DNA of 64,000 nucleotides from Octopus sinensis (taxonomy: Eukaryota), in NCBI RefSeq assembly GCF_006345805.1, contig NC_043006.1:65906001-65970000 (forward strand), written 5' to 3'. The notes under the pieces were generated by a model, which saw nothing but the letters and a program-made list of their open reading frames with translations, had not been told where the DNA came from and made no database searches. A program made the translations under genes and the position numbers. The first letter of the stretch is position 1, and the number at the start of each line of letters is the position of its first letter. Shown here in pieces: positions 1 to 12,730 of the stretch.

Positions 1-200
1 CATACATACATGTCTTCCACACACCGTTTGACAACCGATGTTGGTGTGTTTATGTCCCTGTAACTTAGCATTTCAGCAAAAGAGATTCGCAGAATAAGTA
101 CCCGGCTTAAAAATGAAATATGTATTGGGGTTGATTCATTCAAGTAAAATTCTTCAAGCGGTGCCCCAGCATGGCCACAGTCTGATGACTGAAACAAATA
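1..200 (+). mobile_element. 3' half of the abundant tRNA/CORE-type SINE, tail interrupted by mariner
   Basis: Matches the 3' halves of copies at 5385-5735, 10650-10865 and 38770-38975 (GACAACCGATGTTGGTGTGTTT...CCAGCATGGCCACAGT..ATGACTGAAACAAA). Confidence 0.85.
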
Positions 201-1487
201 TCAGGTCATCCCATAAGTTCTGTCCGATTTTACCTTTTTTAAAATTGAATGAAATTTAATAGTATTTTAGATTGTCTAATGGAATTAAAAATTATTTTTA
301 TGCATTTGTGTACATTTAAACTAATTAGATATTATTTCACAGAATAATTGAATTAAAATTTCTTTGATTAAAACCCTTTCTAAAATGGATATATCCAAAG
401 AGCATTTAAGGCACATAATGCTTTATGAGTACAAAAAAGGAAACTCTTCAACCAAAGTGACTCGAAACATACACTCAGTTTATGGGAAAGAATGCTTGAA
501 TGAAAGAACTTGCAGAAGATGGTTTGCAAAATTCAGAAGTAGAGATTTCAGACTTGAAGATGAAGATCGAACAGAACGTCCAGTTGAGTTTGATGATAAG
601 CTCTTTGAGGCATTACTTGAAGAAAATCCTGCATTATCAGTTGAAGAATTGGCAATAAAGCTTAGTTCAAACCATAAAACTGTTCATCATCATCTTCAAC
701 AATTTGGAAAGGTTCCTAAACTTGGAAAATGGGTGCCTCATGAATTGTCCGAAAGTAACCACAAATCCCGAGTTGACATCTGCTCTTCTCTCCATTCTCG
801 CGAATTCATTTCACCCTTTTTGGATATACTTGTGACTGGTGACGCAAAATGGATCTTCTATTGAAATGTTAAATGTCGTAAACAGTGGCTAGGTAAAAGG
901 GTATAAAATTTCTACCACAACTGAGAAGGGAACTTCATGGGAAAAAGGCTCTTCTCTCTATTAGGTGGGATTGCAAAGGAGTAATTCACTTTGAATTGTT
1001 ACCACCTAATGCAACAATCAATGCTCAAGTTTATTGTCAGCAATTAGAGCCTTTGAACCAAGCTTTGAAGAAAAAAAGACCCGTTTTAGTGAATCAAAAA
1101 GGAATGATGTTTCATCAGGACAATGTGTGACCCCACACTGCAAAGATCACATCACAGAAGATTGAAGAGCTTGGTTGGGAAAAAAATTCCCCATCCACCT
1201 TATTATCCTGATCTTGCTCCTTCAGAGTACCATTTGTTTTGTAGCTTACAGAATCATTTGGGGGACATAACTTTCGCAGGCCAGGGGGAGGTCAAAATTG
1301 ACATTTCAGAGTTCTTTGCTTTGAAACCAAGGGAGTTTTACATTGATGGGATTAAAAAGCTTGTAAATAGATGGAAGTCATAGATAATCAAGGAAAGTAC
1401 ATTAATGATTAAATTTCAATTAAATATAACATTTGATCACTTGTTTTCTTTATTCAAAATTCGGACAGAACTTACGGGATGACCTGA
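201..1487 (+). mobile_element. Full-length mariner (DD34D-type) DNA transposon, 1287 bp
   Basis: TIR TCAGGTCATCCCATAAGTTCTGTCCGA at 201 and its reverse complement (one substitution) ending at 1487. TA target duplications at 199-200 and 1488-1489. Internal mariner transposase remnants. Confidence 0.95.
364..1383 (+). pseudogene. Disrupted mariner transposase
   Basis: N-terminal HTH region (RHIMLYEY, CRRWFAKFR), WVPHEL motif, VTGDAKW (first D), FHQDNV*PH and HPPYYPDLAPSEYHLF. Stop at 862-864, frameshifts, and the third catalytic D reads E. Confidence 0.92.
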
Positions 1488-2209
1488 TAGAAGAATTACA
1501 TCATCATCATCATCATTGTTTATCGCCCATTTTCCATACTGGCATGGGTTGGGCAGTTTGACTAAAAGCTGGGGAGCTGTGCCAGATTCCAATCTGATAT
1601 GCTGAAGTTTCTACAGGCCTTCCTAAAGTTGCATAATTATCACAAGACTTATTCAGTTTCGTTTGGAACATGAGACTCTGAGCAACAGTCTTGTGATAAT
1701 TTTGCAGCTTTAATAAATAGATATTATTCTACCTTCAGTATTCAGGTATTATTTTTACCACATTGTTTTGCACTTAAGTGCTCACCTGTGTCTATATATC
1801 TTTATTTTAAAAATTCAAATAAGTCATCATTATCTATAAAAATAATGATAAAGTTGTCAGCAAATGTTATTCAAATAAGCAAAATATGTAATAAATATAT
1901 AGTCATCCCATGACTTTTTATACAGTTTGACAATTTTTTATACAGATGACAATTATACAGTTTTAATTAGCAATTGATTAACTATATATATATATATACA
2001 CACACACACTCATACATACATACAGGACCATGTGATTGAGAAAGAAGCTTCTAACCTGTAAAGATATACAGTAGATTATGTAGTCCTAGATATAATATCT
2101 GAATAAAGGATGGAAGGGACATGGCTGGAGTCGTTTTGACTATGTAGTAAAGGTAACAATAATAATATAATAATAATAATCTTGCTATTACATTTGTTTT
2201 ATTTTTCAG

Positions 2210-2261
2210 TACTACAATGTCTCGCCATGGTCAGGATGGCCACGAAAAACTTCTATTTGAA
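2210..2261 (+). CDS. Aldo-keto reductase, internal exon (TTMSRHGQDGHEKLLFE)
   Basis: Acceptor TTTTTCAG|, donor GAA|GTAAGT. Ends in phase 0, compatible with the exon at 7242. The RHG..G.E motif fits the AKR loop before the C-terminal helices. Confidence 0.7.
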
Positions 2262-2554
2262 GTAAGTATTTTTAGATTTTAAACTTTAACCAGTGGTTCT
2301 CAACTTGGGTCCATGTGTGTAGGTATTTAGTCGTGGGTCTAGCTATGTCCATGGATTAAGATGAGCTGGTATGGCTGATTGGAGGTTCAACCAGTTTTGA
2401 TGACAGGACTTTTTTGGCACTGGAGGCAGACAAACACACACTCACACACATGTATGGGTGTGCAGAAATATACACAAAAACAGAGAGAGAGAAAGTCATT
2501 ACAATTTATTAATTGAACACAGTTGACATGAACAGTTTCCCTCCCCTTATACAT

Positions 2555-3850
2555 CATCATCATTATCATTTAATGTCCACTTTCCATGCTGGCATGGGTT
2601 GGACAGATTGACTGGGGGCTGGCAAGCCAGAAGGCTGTATCAGGCTCCAATCTGATCTGGCAAAGTTTCTACAGCTAGATTAGATGCCCTCCTTAATGCC
2701 AACCACTCCCAGAGTGTAGTGGGTGCTTTTTACTTGCCACTGGCACGAGGGCTAGTCAGGTGGTACTGGCATTGACCACGCTTGAATAGTGCTTTTTATG
2801 TGCGACCAGTATGGGAGCCAGTCAGGCGGCACTGGTAATGACCATGCTTGAATGGTGCTTTTTACATGCCACCAGCAAGGGACCAGTCAGCCAGCACTGG
2901 CATTGATCATGCTTGCATGGTGTTTTTTACATGCCACCGGCACGGGAGCCAGTCAGGTGACACTGGCAACGATCATGTTCAAATGGTATTTTTAACGTGT
3001 CACTGGCACAGGTGCCAATCAGGCGGTACTATCATTGGCCATGACAACGATTTCACTTGACTCCACAGGTTTTCACAAGCACAGTTTATTGCCCAATGAT
3101 TGAAGGGTACTCTTAAATGGTCTGGTTATGTTGCACTGGCATAGGTCATGGTTATGGTCTCACTTGGCTTGCCGAGTCTTCTCAAGCACAGCATATCTCC
3201 AAAGGTCTTGGTCACTTGTTCAAAGGTCATGTTTCACCACCTCATTCCACGTCTTCCTGGGTCTACCCCTTCCACTGGTTCCCTCCACTTCTTGGGTGTG
3301 GCACTTTTTCACACAACTGTCCTCATCCATCCGCAACATATGACCATATCAGTGCAGTTGCTCTCTTGCACACCACATCTGATGCTTCTTAGATCCAACT
3401 TTTCCCTCAAGGTACTTACACTCTGCTGAGTATGCACACTGACATTACACATCCATCTGAGCATACTGACTTCATTCCTTGCGAGCTTACGCATGTCCTC
3501 AGCAGTCACGGCCCTTGTTTCACTGCCATGTGGCATAGCTGTTCGTACACATGCATCATACAGTCTCCCTTTTTACTCTGAATGAGAGACTCTTTGTCAC
3601 CAGTAAAGGTAGGAGCTCTCTGAACTTTGCTCTGGCTATTCTTATTCTAGCAACTATACTTTCAGAGCATCCACCCCAGCTACTAACTTGGTCACCTAGG
3701 TAACGGAAGCTATCAACTACTTCTAGTTTTTCTCCCTGGAATGTGATGCAAGCTGTTTTCTGCATATTTTCAGTGTTTATTGCTCCTGAGCATTTGCCAC
3801 ACAAAAACTATCTTCCCAGTTAGCCTTCCTTTGATATTGCTGTACCTCTT
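2555..3850 (-). mobile_element. 5'-truncated RTE-clade LINE (RT C-terminus plus 3' UTR ending in (GAT)n)
   Basis: Minus-strand peptides LEVVDSFRYLGD, ARIRIARAKFREL and HGSET...MLRWMCNVS are typical of the RTE ORF C-terminus. Its 3' UTR recurs many times in the window. Confidence 0.85.
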
Positions 3851-4734
3851 GTGTCCCCATAGCTTACACTGGGTACATCTTATGGAGTTTCTACCTCCTT
3901 TGATATAGAGAAATATATTTACACACACACACACAAACACATCTATATACTAGACGTACTTGCTTTGACCTGTTGGGTCACAACAACCCCAAGTTGAAAA
4001 TGTTGATGCGCAATGGGAAAAGCAAAAATGCTATTTTCAACTTCATGCAATAAAATTCTTAAATAATACAGTTCTTCTGTCCTTGGTGTGACAACATAAA
4101 CACAACCAAGTGTTTCTTCTTTGAAAATGTTCAAATGGCCTTCAACTTTTTCCCTGGCTTTCTTCTTTGCTATTCTTTGTTACTACTGTTCCAAGTGAAA
4201 TACATAGATATTTCAGCATAAAATAATGTTTTCACAAAATCATTATTGATACACAGTGAAAAGAATTCTGTCAGTGTTGTTCTCATATGTTGCTCATTGA
4301 CAACCATCTTTGTTCATCTGGTAGATGAACTTGCAGTCTCACTATTGCAGGTGTTCTTTCCTGAACTGAAAATCCTAAAATGGTTGCAACTGCTTCGGAT
4401 GGTCCAATATACCAACCCATTAGATATTGACTGATTTTGCTATCATAACAGCTTTGACATTTTCTTTCAGTGTGTACTTGATGTACTTAATTGACCTCAC
4501 TGAAGCAACGATTTCAACATTGCAGTGGCATTTGAATGCTCTTAAAAGAGTCTCATTATAAGGCACAACCCATTTGTTGTTTCTTTTTCCATTCTTATGA
4601 GATTCAACTCCTCCATTGCAACTGATCTTTGTCTATAAAGAGGTAGTCTGTCTGTCTTTTGATTAAGATGGTAAAGATTAATATTTTATCTTAAATAAAA
4701 TAGTAATTTTCCCTTTTACTCTTTTTACTCTTTT

Positions 4735-5088
4735 ACTTGTTTCAGTCATTTGACTGTGGCCATGCTGCAGCACCGCCTTTAGTTGAGCAAATCTTTGTAA
4801 GCCTAGTACTTATTCTATCGGTCACTTTTGTCGAACCATAAGTTACTGGGATGCAAACACGCCATCAGTTGTCAAGCGATGTTGTGGGGACAAACACAGA
4901 CACACAAACTTATATACACACACACACATACATATATATACATATATATGACGGGCTTCTTTCAGTTTCTGTCTACCAAATCCACTCACAAGGCTTTGGT
5001 CAGCCCAGGGCTATAGTAGAAGACACTTGCCCAAGGTGCCACGCAGTGGGACTGAACCCAGAACTATGTGGTTTGTAAGCAAGCTACT
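4735..5088 (-). mobile_element. tRNA/CORE-type SINE
   Basis: Reverse complement of the family consensus seen in the window, with internal (CA)/(TA) tract and CORE-like CCTTGGGCAAGTG. Confidence 0.85.
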
Positions 5089-5384
5089 TTAAGAAAAAAA
5101 AATATCTAGTACCAGTGATTCGAAAATATCTTGTATAAATATTGAAAGAATTTCTATCTTTCAAATCTATGGCACTCACAAAGAAAAAATAAAGTAAGAA
5201 AAAAGGATGGGCAGTGGTAGCTAACAGGACTCTTTGAAGTGTCAGTATTTTCATATTGATTTTTTTTTTCTTAAAGGGGGAAATGACTATTTTATTTGTA
5301 ATCTTTATCATCATTAATGAAATGTCTGGAAAACAAACTTTGAGTTTTAGTATAATACAGAAACATAGATATAGATATATTTAG

Positions 5385-5735
5385 GCATGGCTGTGTGGTA
5401 AGAAGCTTGCTTCCTAGTCGCATGGTCCTAGGTTCAGTTCCACCGCGTGGCACTGTCTTCTATAGCCTTGGGTCAACCAAAGCCATGTGAGTGGATTTGG
5501 TAAATGGAAACTGAAAGAAGCCTGTTGTAGATATCTGTATGTATGTGTCTTTGTGTCTGTGTTTGTCCTCACATCACCACTTGACAACTGGTGTTGGTGT
5601 GTTTACATCCCTGTGACGTAGCAGTTTGGCAAAAGAGACCGATAGAATAAATGCGAGGCTTAAAAATAAATAAGTCTTGGGGTTGATTTGTTCGACTAAA
5701 ACTCTTTAGGGCGGAAACAAATAGAAGAATAAAGA
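5385..5735 (+). mobile_element. tRNA/CORE-type SINE
   Basis: A-box-like GGCTGTGTGGTAAG, B-box-like GGTTCAGTTCC, and the family body and tail. Confidence 0.85.
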
Positions 5736-7241
5736 ATATATATAAGAGAGAGAAAGAGAAAGCTTAAAACATCTGAATTGAAATCGGTCAGCATTGAATC
5801 AGCAACACCAATATGGCGGTGTCAAAACGTCTCGTACCTGTGTGTCTATTTGGGTTTAAACATCGATTAATAGGTCCAGGAGAGGTGGGTATGGACAATA
5901 AGAAACCCTCTGAGATGTTATCAAATGCCAAGTCTCTCAATCTCTTGTCAAGGAACCAACAATGGATTTATTCCCATCAATGAGTGTTTTGGTGTCTACA
6001 CATGTTGAACGTTGTTGTTTAGCCCTGGGTCTAAGCTGATTGAGCAGGTTTGCATTCAAAGATGACTGTCTCATCTTAATGTTGAATGTGCCTTTCCTCT
6101 TTTTGAAACAATGAGATATTTGGCTATTGTTTCTAGCAGGCCAAGTAACTACATAGAGAATTTCTTAAATATGATTGCTTGTGTTGTCTCATGGATATGA
6201 TTGCTTGTGTTGTCTCATGGAGTCACTGAGTGTTTTGGGCCATCTCTTTTTTAACCAGAGCCAACTAGATGCTTTCTCGACAATCTCTCTCTGTATTGCC
6301 TAGAGCTCCTTAGGCCCTACTGAATGAATAACAAGTGAATCTTTAGTTACATACCTCTGTTGACTAAAATCTGATTTTCCATATTTTCTTTCAAAAGTTC
6401 TCTACCAACTCCTGGTATCTTGCCTTCTTCTCTGTGCTACCTCCATCCTTACACCCCACACATCATCTTTTAACATCTGTTGTCTATGCTGGCATGGGTT
6501 GGATGGTTTGACTAGGGTTGGTAAGCTGGAAGGCTGCACTAAACTCCAATCTGATTTGGCATGGTTTTCTATGGTTGGATTCCCTTCCTAATGCCAACCA
6601 CTCTGAGAGTGTAATGGGTGCTTTTATGTGCCACAGGCATGGGTGTCATTTGCATGACACCAGTATCTGTCACAACTGCGATTTTGCTAGGCTTGATGGG
6701 TTTTCTTCACAAGCACAACATAATGCCAGAGGTTTTGGTTTTTACCTCTGTGAGGCCCAATGCTTGAAAGGAACTCAGCCACTTTGCCTCTGTGAGTCCC
6801 CATTAAATCCGATTAATACCTTAATAATATAGATTGATTTTGCTATTGTCTTTGCAGTATCATCATCATTGTTTAATGTTTGTTTTCCATGGGTTGGGCA
6901 TTTTAAGAGGTGCTGATGAACGAAAGGATTGTGCCAAGTTTTAATATGTCTACTTTGGTATGGTTTCTGCACCTGGACGCCCTTCCCAACGCCAACCACT
7001 TCACAGAATATACTGAGTGCATTTCATGTTATACCAGCACCAGTCACTTGCAAGACAAACCTCCTCAACTGAGTAGGAGTGAAGTATTAAAGGAGAGAAG
7101 ACATTGGTGAAAAGGTGTCAGGGCGTCATATGGAATTGAACAGAGGAGGATTGGATGAGTGGATAGGTAGGTCAGGTCACAATTTGAAAGAGTGAAATCA
7201 TGTGGAAATAAATCTGACTTTATCCTATTTTCTCTTTGTAG

Positions 7242-7403
7242 ACACTTGGGAAGTTGAAAGAAATCTGTACAGAAGCTGACATCAATATGTCTGTGGCCAG
7301 TCTGTCGTGGTTACTGCAACAGCAGAACGTCCGGTCTATCATTGTTGGGGCTCGTAACCCAGAACAAATTGAACAGAATGTTAATATTGTGAAATTGTCC
7401 CAG
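7242..7403 (+). CDS. Aldo-keto reductase, penultimate exon
   Basis: CTTTGTAG| acceptor, CAG|GTACGT donor, 162 nt, phase 0/0. TLGKLKEIC...SLSWLLQQQNVRSIIVGARNPEQIEQN is the AKR C-terminal NADPH-binding segment (L.WLL.Q..V...I.GAR..EQI..N). Confidence 0.9.
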
Positions 7404-7669
7404 GTACGTACTTTCTTTATTGGTGGTCTTTTCTTTTCTTTTTCTCTGAAAGGCAGAATCAGATGAGTGTGTTCTGCAATGGTGTGTGTATAATTCTGTA
7501 CAATTAATCAACAGCTAATTAAAGCTGTATAATTAAGTGTAGGCATGATTAAGGTAAGAAGTTTCGTTTTTAACCATATGGTTCCAGGTTCAGTCCCACT
7601 GTGCAACCAAATCCTTGTGAGTGGATTTGGTCTACAGAAACTGAAAGAAGCCCATTGAACATATATATC

Positions 7670-7712
<43 letters not shown>

Positions 7713-9124
7713 CTAATATAATAATGAGTGTAGTGTTTTTATATATTTGTGTGTGTGTGTGTTTGTGTGTATGTATGTATGTATGTATGTATATATATAT
7801 ATATTTGTCCAGAATCATGCTGGATGCAGAGGACAGAAACTAGTAATTCAGTGAAGGTGAAGTAGTGAGAGTAATAGCCTTGACTAAGAGGGAGTGGGAG
7901 AAAGGAAAGGGTGAAAAAAATCAACATTTCAATTTTGTGTTAGTGTATGTGTGTGCATGTACAAAGGAAGTATGTGAATGTTTGTATGTGTGGTTATTAT
8001 GTGCCTTATTTTGTACCTTATTTATATATAAAATACTATAATTAGCTGTCATTATCAATGGCACGTGGTCAGCTAGTAATATGTATATAAAACTGTGTGT
8101 CTGTCTGCTACCATCTCTTGGCAACTGGTGTTGTGTTTATGTTCTTGTAAGTTAGCAGTTCGGCAAGAGACACTAATAGAATGAGTACCAAGCTTAAAAA
8201 ACATAAGTACTGGGGTTGAGTCGTTTAACTAAAAATTTATTCAATACAGTGTTCCAGCTTGGCCACAGTCTAATGACTGAAACAAGTGAAAGATAAAGGA
8301 TAAACAGTAAAACTGTACAGTCAATCAATTGCTAATTAAAACTGTATAATTGGGTACAGTTAATCATTAGATAATTAAAGCTGATTAATTGTAGGCAGTT
8401 AATAGCTAATTAATTCTATCTGAGATACTCTAATGGAGTTTAAATTTTTTCTGATCTCTCATGTTGAGCGAACTTAAATATTTTTTTAATCCCAAAAACC
8501 AGCCTTCTCTTCAGGACCGGAAAATAATCCCCCTCTACTTTTTCTCTACAGAACTCAAGTAAGACTTCCACTAGAATGTTGAGTATTGCTCATAGATCTG
8601 GGATAGTACTGCTGCTTTTCTTTACTTGCATGGATCAGATGATTTGTTGAAGCAGATTTTCTATGGTCAAATGTCTGCCTTTCCCATCGTCAACCTTTGT
8701 TTTCAAGCAAGGTAATATTTTTCCATGGCGCTTTCATGGACAGTTGGAAATTAATGACACTGCTTCTATGACAGTGACACCATTGTGCAGTGCCATCATG
8801 AAGAGACACACACTCATGTAATTTACACTCTGTCACTTTTCATGATGAGGGTTCCAGTTGATCTGATTAATGGAACAGCCTGCTCTTGAAAATAACTTGC
8901 AAGTGGCTGAACACTCTACAGACACATGTACTTTTAACATTGTTTGCAACCTTCTGTAAAACACATTTAGCCCTTGTGCTGTGAGGAAATATTACCTTGC
9001 TTGAAAACATGCATGTTGACAACAAGAGCGGCTGGCTGTAGAAAATCTGCCTCAATGCATTTCATCTAACCTGTACAAGCATAGAAAAGTGAGAAGAAAG
9101 CACGATGACGAGAGGATAAGATTA

Positions 9125-9490
9125 CTCTTTTACTTCTTTCAGTCATTTAACTGTGGTCATGCTGGAGCACCACCTTTAGTCAAGCAAATCGACCCCAGGA
9201 CTTATTCTTTGCATGCCTAGTACTTATTCTATCGGTCTCTTTTGCCAAACTGCTAAGTTATGGAGATGTAAACACACCAGCATCGGTTGTCAAGTGATGT
9301 TGGGGGGGGGGGTCAAACACAGACACACAAACATATACACACACACACACACATACATATATATATCATCATCATCGTTTAACGACCCGAGGCTATAGTA
9401 GAAGACACTTGCCCAAGCTGCCATGCAGTGGGACTGAACCCAGAACCATGTGGTTTGTAAGCAAGCTACTTACCACTCAGCCACTCCTAT
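9125..9490 (-). mobile_element. tRNA/CORE-type SINE
   Basis: Reverse complement of the family, with a partial internal deletion. Confidence 0.8.
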
Positions 9491-9610
9491 GCCTCTGGTA
9501 GTATCTGAATTCAAATCTCTAAGTGGACAAAACTAAATACTGCATTGGCATTAATACAGCCACTCTCTGATTACCATTCTTTTATTTCATTTGTTGTATG
9601 TTTATACATA

Positions 9611-9812
9611 TGCAGGGGTGCTGAAAAAGTTCCTGGCTTTAAGGGTATCATAAGGCCCAACTTTCCAAGTTTTTACAGGGCTTAGAAAAATTGAAGGATT
9701 GCTGCAATGAATGTAGAATCTGAGTGGGGAATATGTTGAATACAATCATAATTAACTGATTCTCCTGTATTTTCTTTTACCCAAAGCCAAGAACTTTTCA
9801 GCCCCCCCCCGT
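9611..9812. mobile_element. Short non-autonomous Tc1/mariner-type element (MITE)
   Basis: Terminal inverted repeats GGGGTGCTGAAAAAGTTCCTGGCTTT / AAAGCCAAGAACTTTTCAGCCCCC. Confidence 0.65.
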
Positions 9813-10363
9813 GTTAATGTTTATTTTTATGCTTTGTCATAATAAAAACAAATTTACACGAATCTGAGGGGTTACCCTATACTGTTGTAAAGGATTAATT
9901 TATTCTTAAACAAGAATATTGCTGACAGTGACTTTGAAGTTTTGGCCAATTAAGCCATTGTCAGACTGCCAACAATATTCTTGTTGAAGAATAAACCTGC
10001 ATATACGTGTATATGTTCCATACTGCAAGACACTTGTTCCTGTCTCCCACTCATAACATGGTATTCTACATTCCACCTAAGGTGAGAGCGGAGGCAGTCT
10101 TGTCTTGGAAGTTTCTTGGTGACCTCACTGGGTCCAGTGCCACACAAAATGCACCCAGCACACTCTAAGAAGTAGTTGGTAGCCCTTCTATGTCCCAATT
10201 TACACTGTGGCTTACCAGCTCCTGCTGAACCATCCAAGCTTGCTAACCAACCACATGGTTCTGGGTTCAGTCCTACTGCGTAGCACCTTGGGCAAGTGTC
10301 TGCACCTAAGCCTTGTAAGTGGATTTGGAAGCTTGTCGTATATATATATAATGTGTGTGTGTG

Positions 10364-10650
10364 GAGGCATAATGGTCCAGTGGTTAGGGCAGCGGACTCG
10401 CGGTTTCGATTCCCAGACTGGGCGTTGTGAGTGTTTATTGATCAAAAACACCTAAAGCTCCACGAGGCTCCGGCAGGGGGTGGTGGCGATCCCTGCTGTA
10501 TTCTTTCGCCACAACTTTCTCTCACTCTTTCTTCTGTTGGCCTGCTCGCTTAGCCAGCGTTATTTGAAGGCTAAAACAATGTGAAGCGCATAGTGACCAG
10601 CGATGTGTAGCAACATCTGATAACCTGGTCAGTCATGTGATCACATGATA
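10364..10650 (+). mobile_element. Second tRNA-derived SINE family nested in the middle microsatellite of a CORE-type SINE (host about 10210-10865)
   Basis: tRNA-like head GGCATAATGGTCCAGTGGTTAGGGC...GGTTTCGATTCCC. The host SINE head precedes it and the host tail resumes at about 10650. Confidence 0.7.
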
Positions 10651-10928
10651 TATGTGTGTGTATATGTGTCTGTGTTTGTCCCCCAAACATTGCTTGACAA
10701 CTGATAGTGGTGTGTTTACATTCCTGTAAATTAGCAGTTCGGCAAAAGAGACTGATAGAATAAATACTAGGCTTACAAAGAATAAGTCCTGGGGTTGATT
10801 TGCTTGACTAAAGGTGGTGCTCCAGCATGGCCGCAGTCAAATGACTGAAACAAGTAAAAGAGTAAATTGTTATGATGATTATTTTTCTTTTTAAGTGTTA
10901 AGTTTGTTACATTTCTGTGCCATTACAG

Positions 10929-11024
10929 GATGTTTTGAAGAAGATGACTGAAGCTACTGATGATCTGAAGCAAGCTCTTGGCAAAACTCTTGATGCGTGG
11001 GTAACACCTGACCGTTGTGAGTAA
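10929..11024 (+). CDS. Aldo-keto reductase, terminal coding exon (DVLKKMTEATDDLKQALGKTLDAWVTPDRCE*)
   Basis: CATTACAG| acceptor, phase 0, TAA at 11022-11024. Continues the frame from 7403. An AATAAA occurs at 11225-11230. Confidence 0.85.
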   Translation, partial: DVLKKMTEATDDLKQALGKTLDAWVTPDRCE

Positions 11025-12229
11025 ACAAGAGCTCTGTGTTGTTGCACATTGCATTTATTGTGACTCTATCTCACCTGTGGAAAAATTGCTGAACGCTTTC
11101 AACCAACCTTGGTTCTATGATGTAACTGTGAATTGTTTATTTTTTAAATTAAGACCTTCCATAATAAGAATCTTTGTTTATTTCTTTGTATAAAATTATG
11201 CCACAAATATTGGGTTAATATAGAAATAAAAGCAAAAATCAGTCTTTTTTTTTTTCCTGAAGGTAAATACTTGCTTGTTTTCAAAATTAATAGAAATTTA
11301 TGAGAACTGCATTTCAGTAGAAATATTCTCATGCAAAAGTTCAACTTACGATCTCATACCAAGTTAAGAAATTATTTTACTTTTGGGTGGTAGGTGGTAC
11401 AGTTGATACTGTGGCAGTATTTACACTATATTCCTTTCTTTTATTTTATTTAGCTTAAATTCCACCAGGGTGGACTTATCCTCTAATCCTTCCCAATATC
11501 AATAAAGCACCAGTCTAGTTATAGAGTGGATTTAATAGACTAAACCAACCAACCATGACCCTTCCTTTGAAATTTGTGATTTCATTCCTAGGTCAAGAAA
11601 TTGATTAATTGTAGAGAAAACCTTAAAATTTATCTCCATCCATCTTCAAATAAATTTAATGCAAGAAAATACTTTTCGACTTAGCAGACTTTCTCCTCCA
11701 TTACTAAATTAACAAAGTTTAATTAACCAATTTAATAAACCAAGTTGTCTATTGCCACCCAGTAATACTTTTTTTTTCTTTTTAATTCAAAAATGTACTT
11801 TAATTAAAGTTCTTCTCTACAGCAACTGAAGGTGCTAAAAATTGTAATTATGAAATCATAATTTTTGATAAATAAATAAATAAAACATCGTCATTTAACT
11901 CCAGTTTTCACTAAACAAATTTGTAGACCTATGGTTGATGTTACAGCTGTGAAAATAAACCTTTTATTTTCAATTTGACCAGTGGATTACACAATCCAAT
12001 CTATATGTAATTTAAAAAACGTTTAAGGAGTTTCAGCTGCTATTTCCTGCTGGTTTTTACTATTTCATGTCACAGCTTAATTTTGTGCTGACGATTGTTG
12101 ATTTCGATTTTTTTTTTCTTTTTTGAGACAAAATGTAATCTGAAGATCAGACTGCTGTTTCTACTTTTTGAGACCTTATCCCCACTGATCAACTGGTATT
12201 TATTGTATTGACCCCAAAAGGTTGAGAGG

Positions 12230-12730
12230 CAAAGTTAACCCAGCAGCATTTGATCTCTGGATGAAAAGTCAAAGCATTTTGTTATGTGTGCTAACAGTTC
12301 AGCCAGCTCACTGCCTTTACTTTAATAATTCTGGAGGCACAAGGCCTGCAATTTTAGGGGAGGGTGCCAGTTGACTGTCTTTCATCCTTCCAGGGGTTGA
12401 TGCAAAGTTAACCTTGGAGGCATTTGAATTCAGAATGCACAGCTGGACAAAATTGCTGTTAGGCATTTTGTCTGGTGTGCTAACCATTCTGCCAACCCAT
12501 CACCTCTACTATAATAATCCTTTCTACAATAAGCAAAAGGCCTGAAATTTGGCGGGAGGGGAAGAATTGATTAGATTGACCCCCAGAGCTCAAATGGTGC
12601 TCGTTTTATTGACCCTGAAAGGATGAAAAGCAAAGTCAACCTTGGCAGAATTTGAACTGAATGTAATGATGGGTGAAATACCGCTATGCATTTCGTCCAG
12701 CATGCTAACAACTCTGCCAACTTGCCGCCT
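12230..12730 (-). mobile_element. Cluster of three fragments of a third SINE family (Meta-domain-like)
   Basis: Repeated GACCCCAAAAGG.TGAAAGGCAAAGT...GAATTTGAACTCAGAA. Further copies at 22590-22935 (-), 43065-43280 (+), 43790-43990 (+), 45680-45845 (-) and 62185-62340 (+). The MetaSINE label is from recall of the domain, not a search. Confidence 0.65.
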
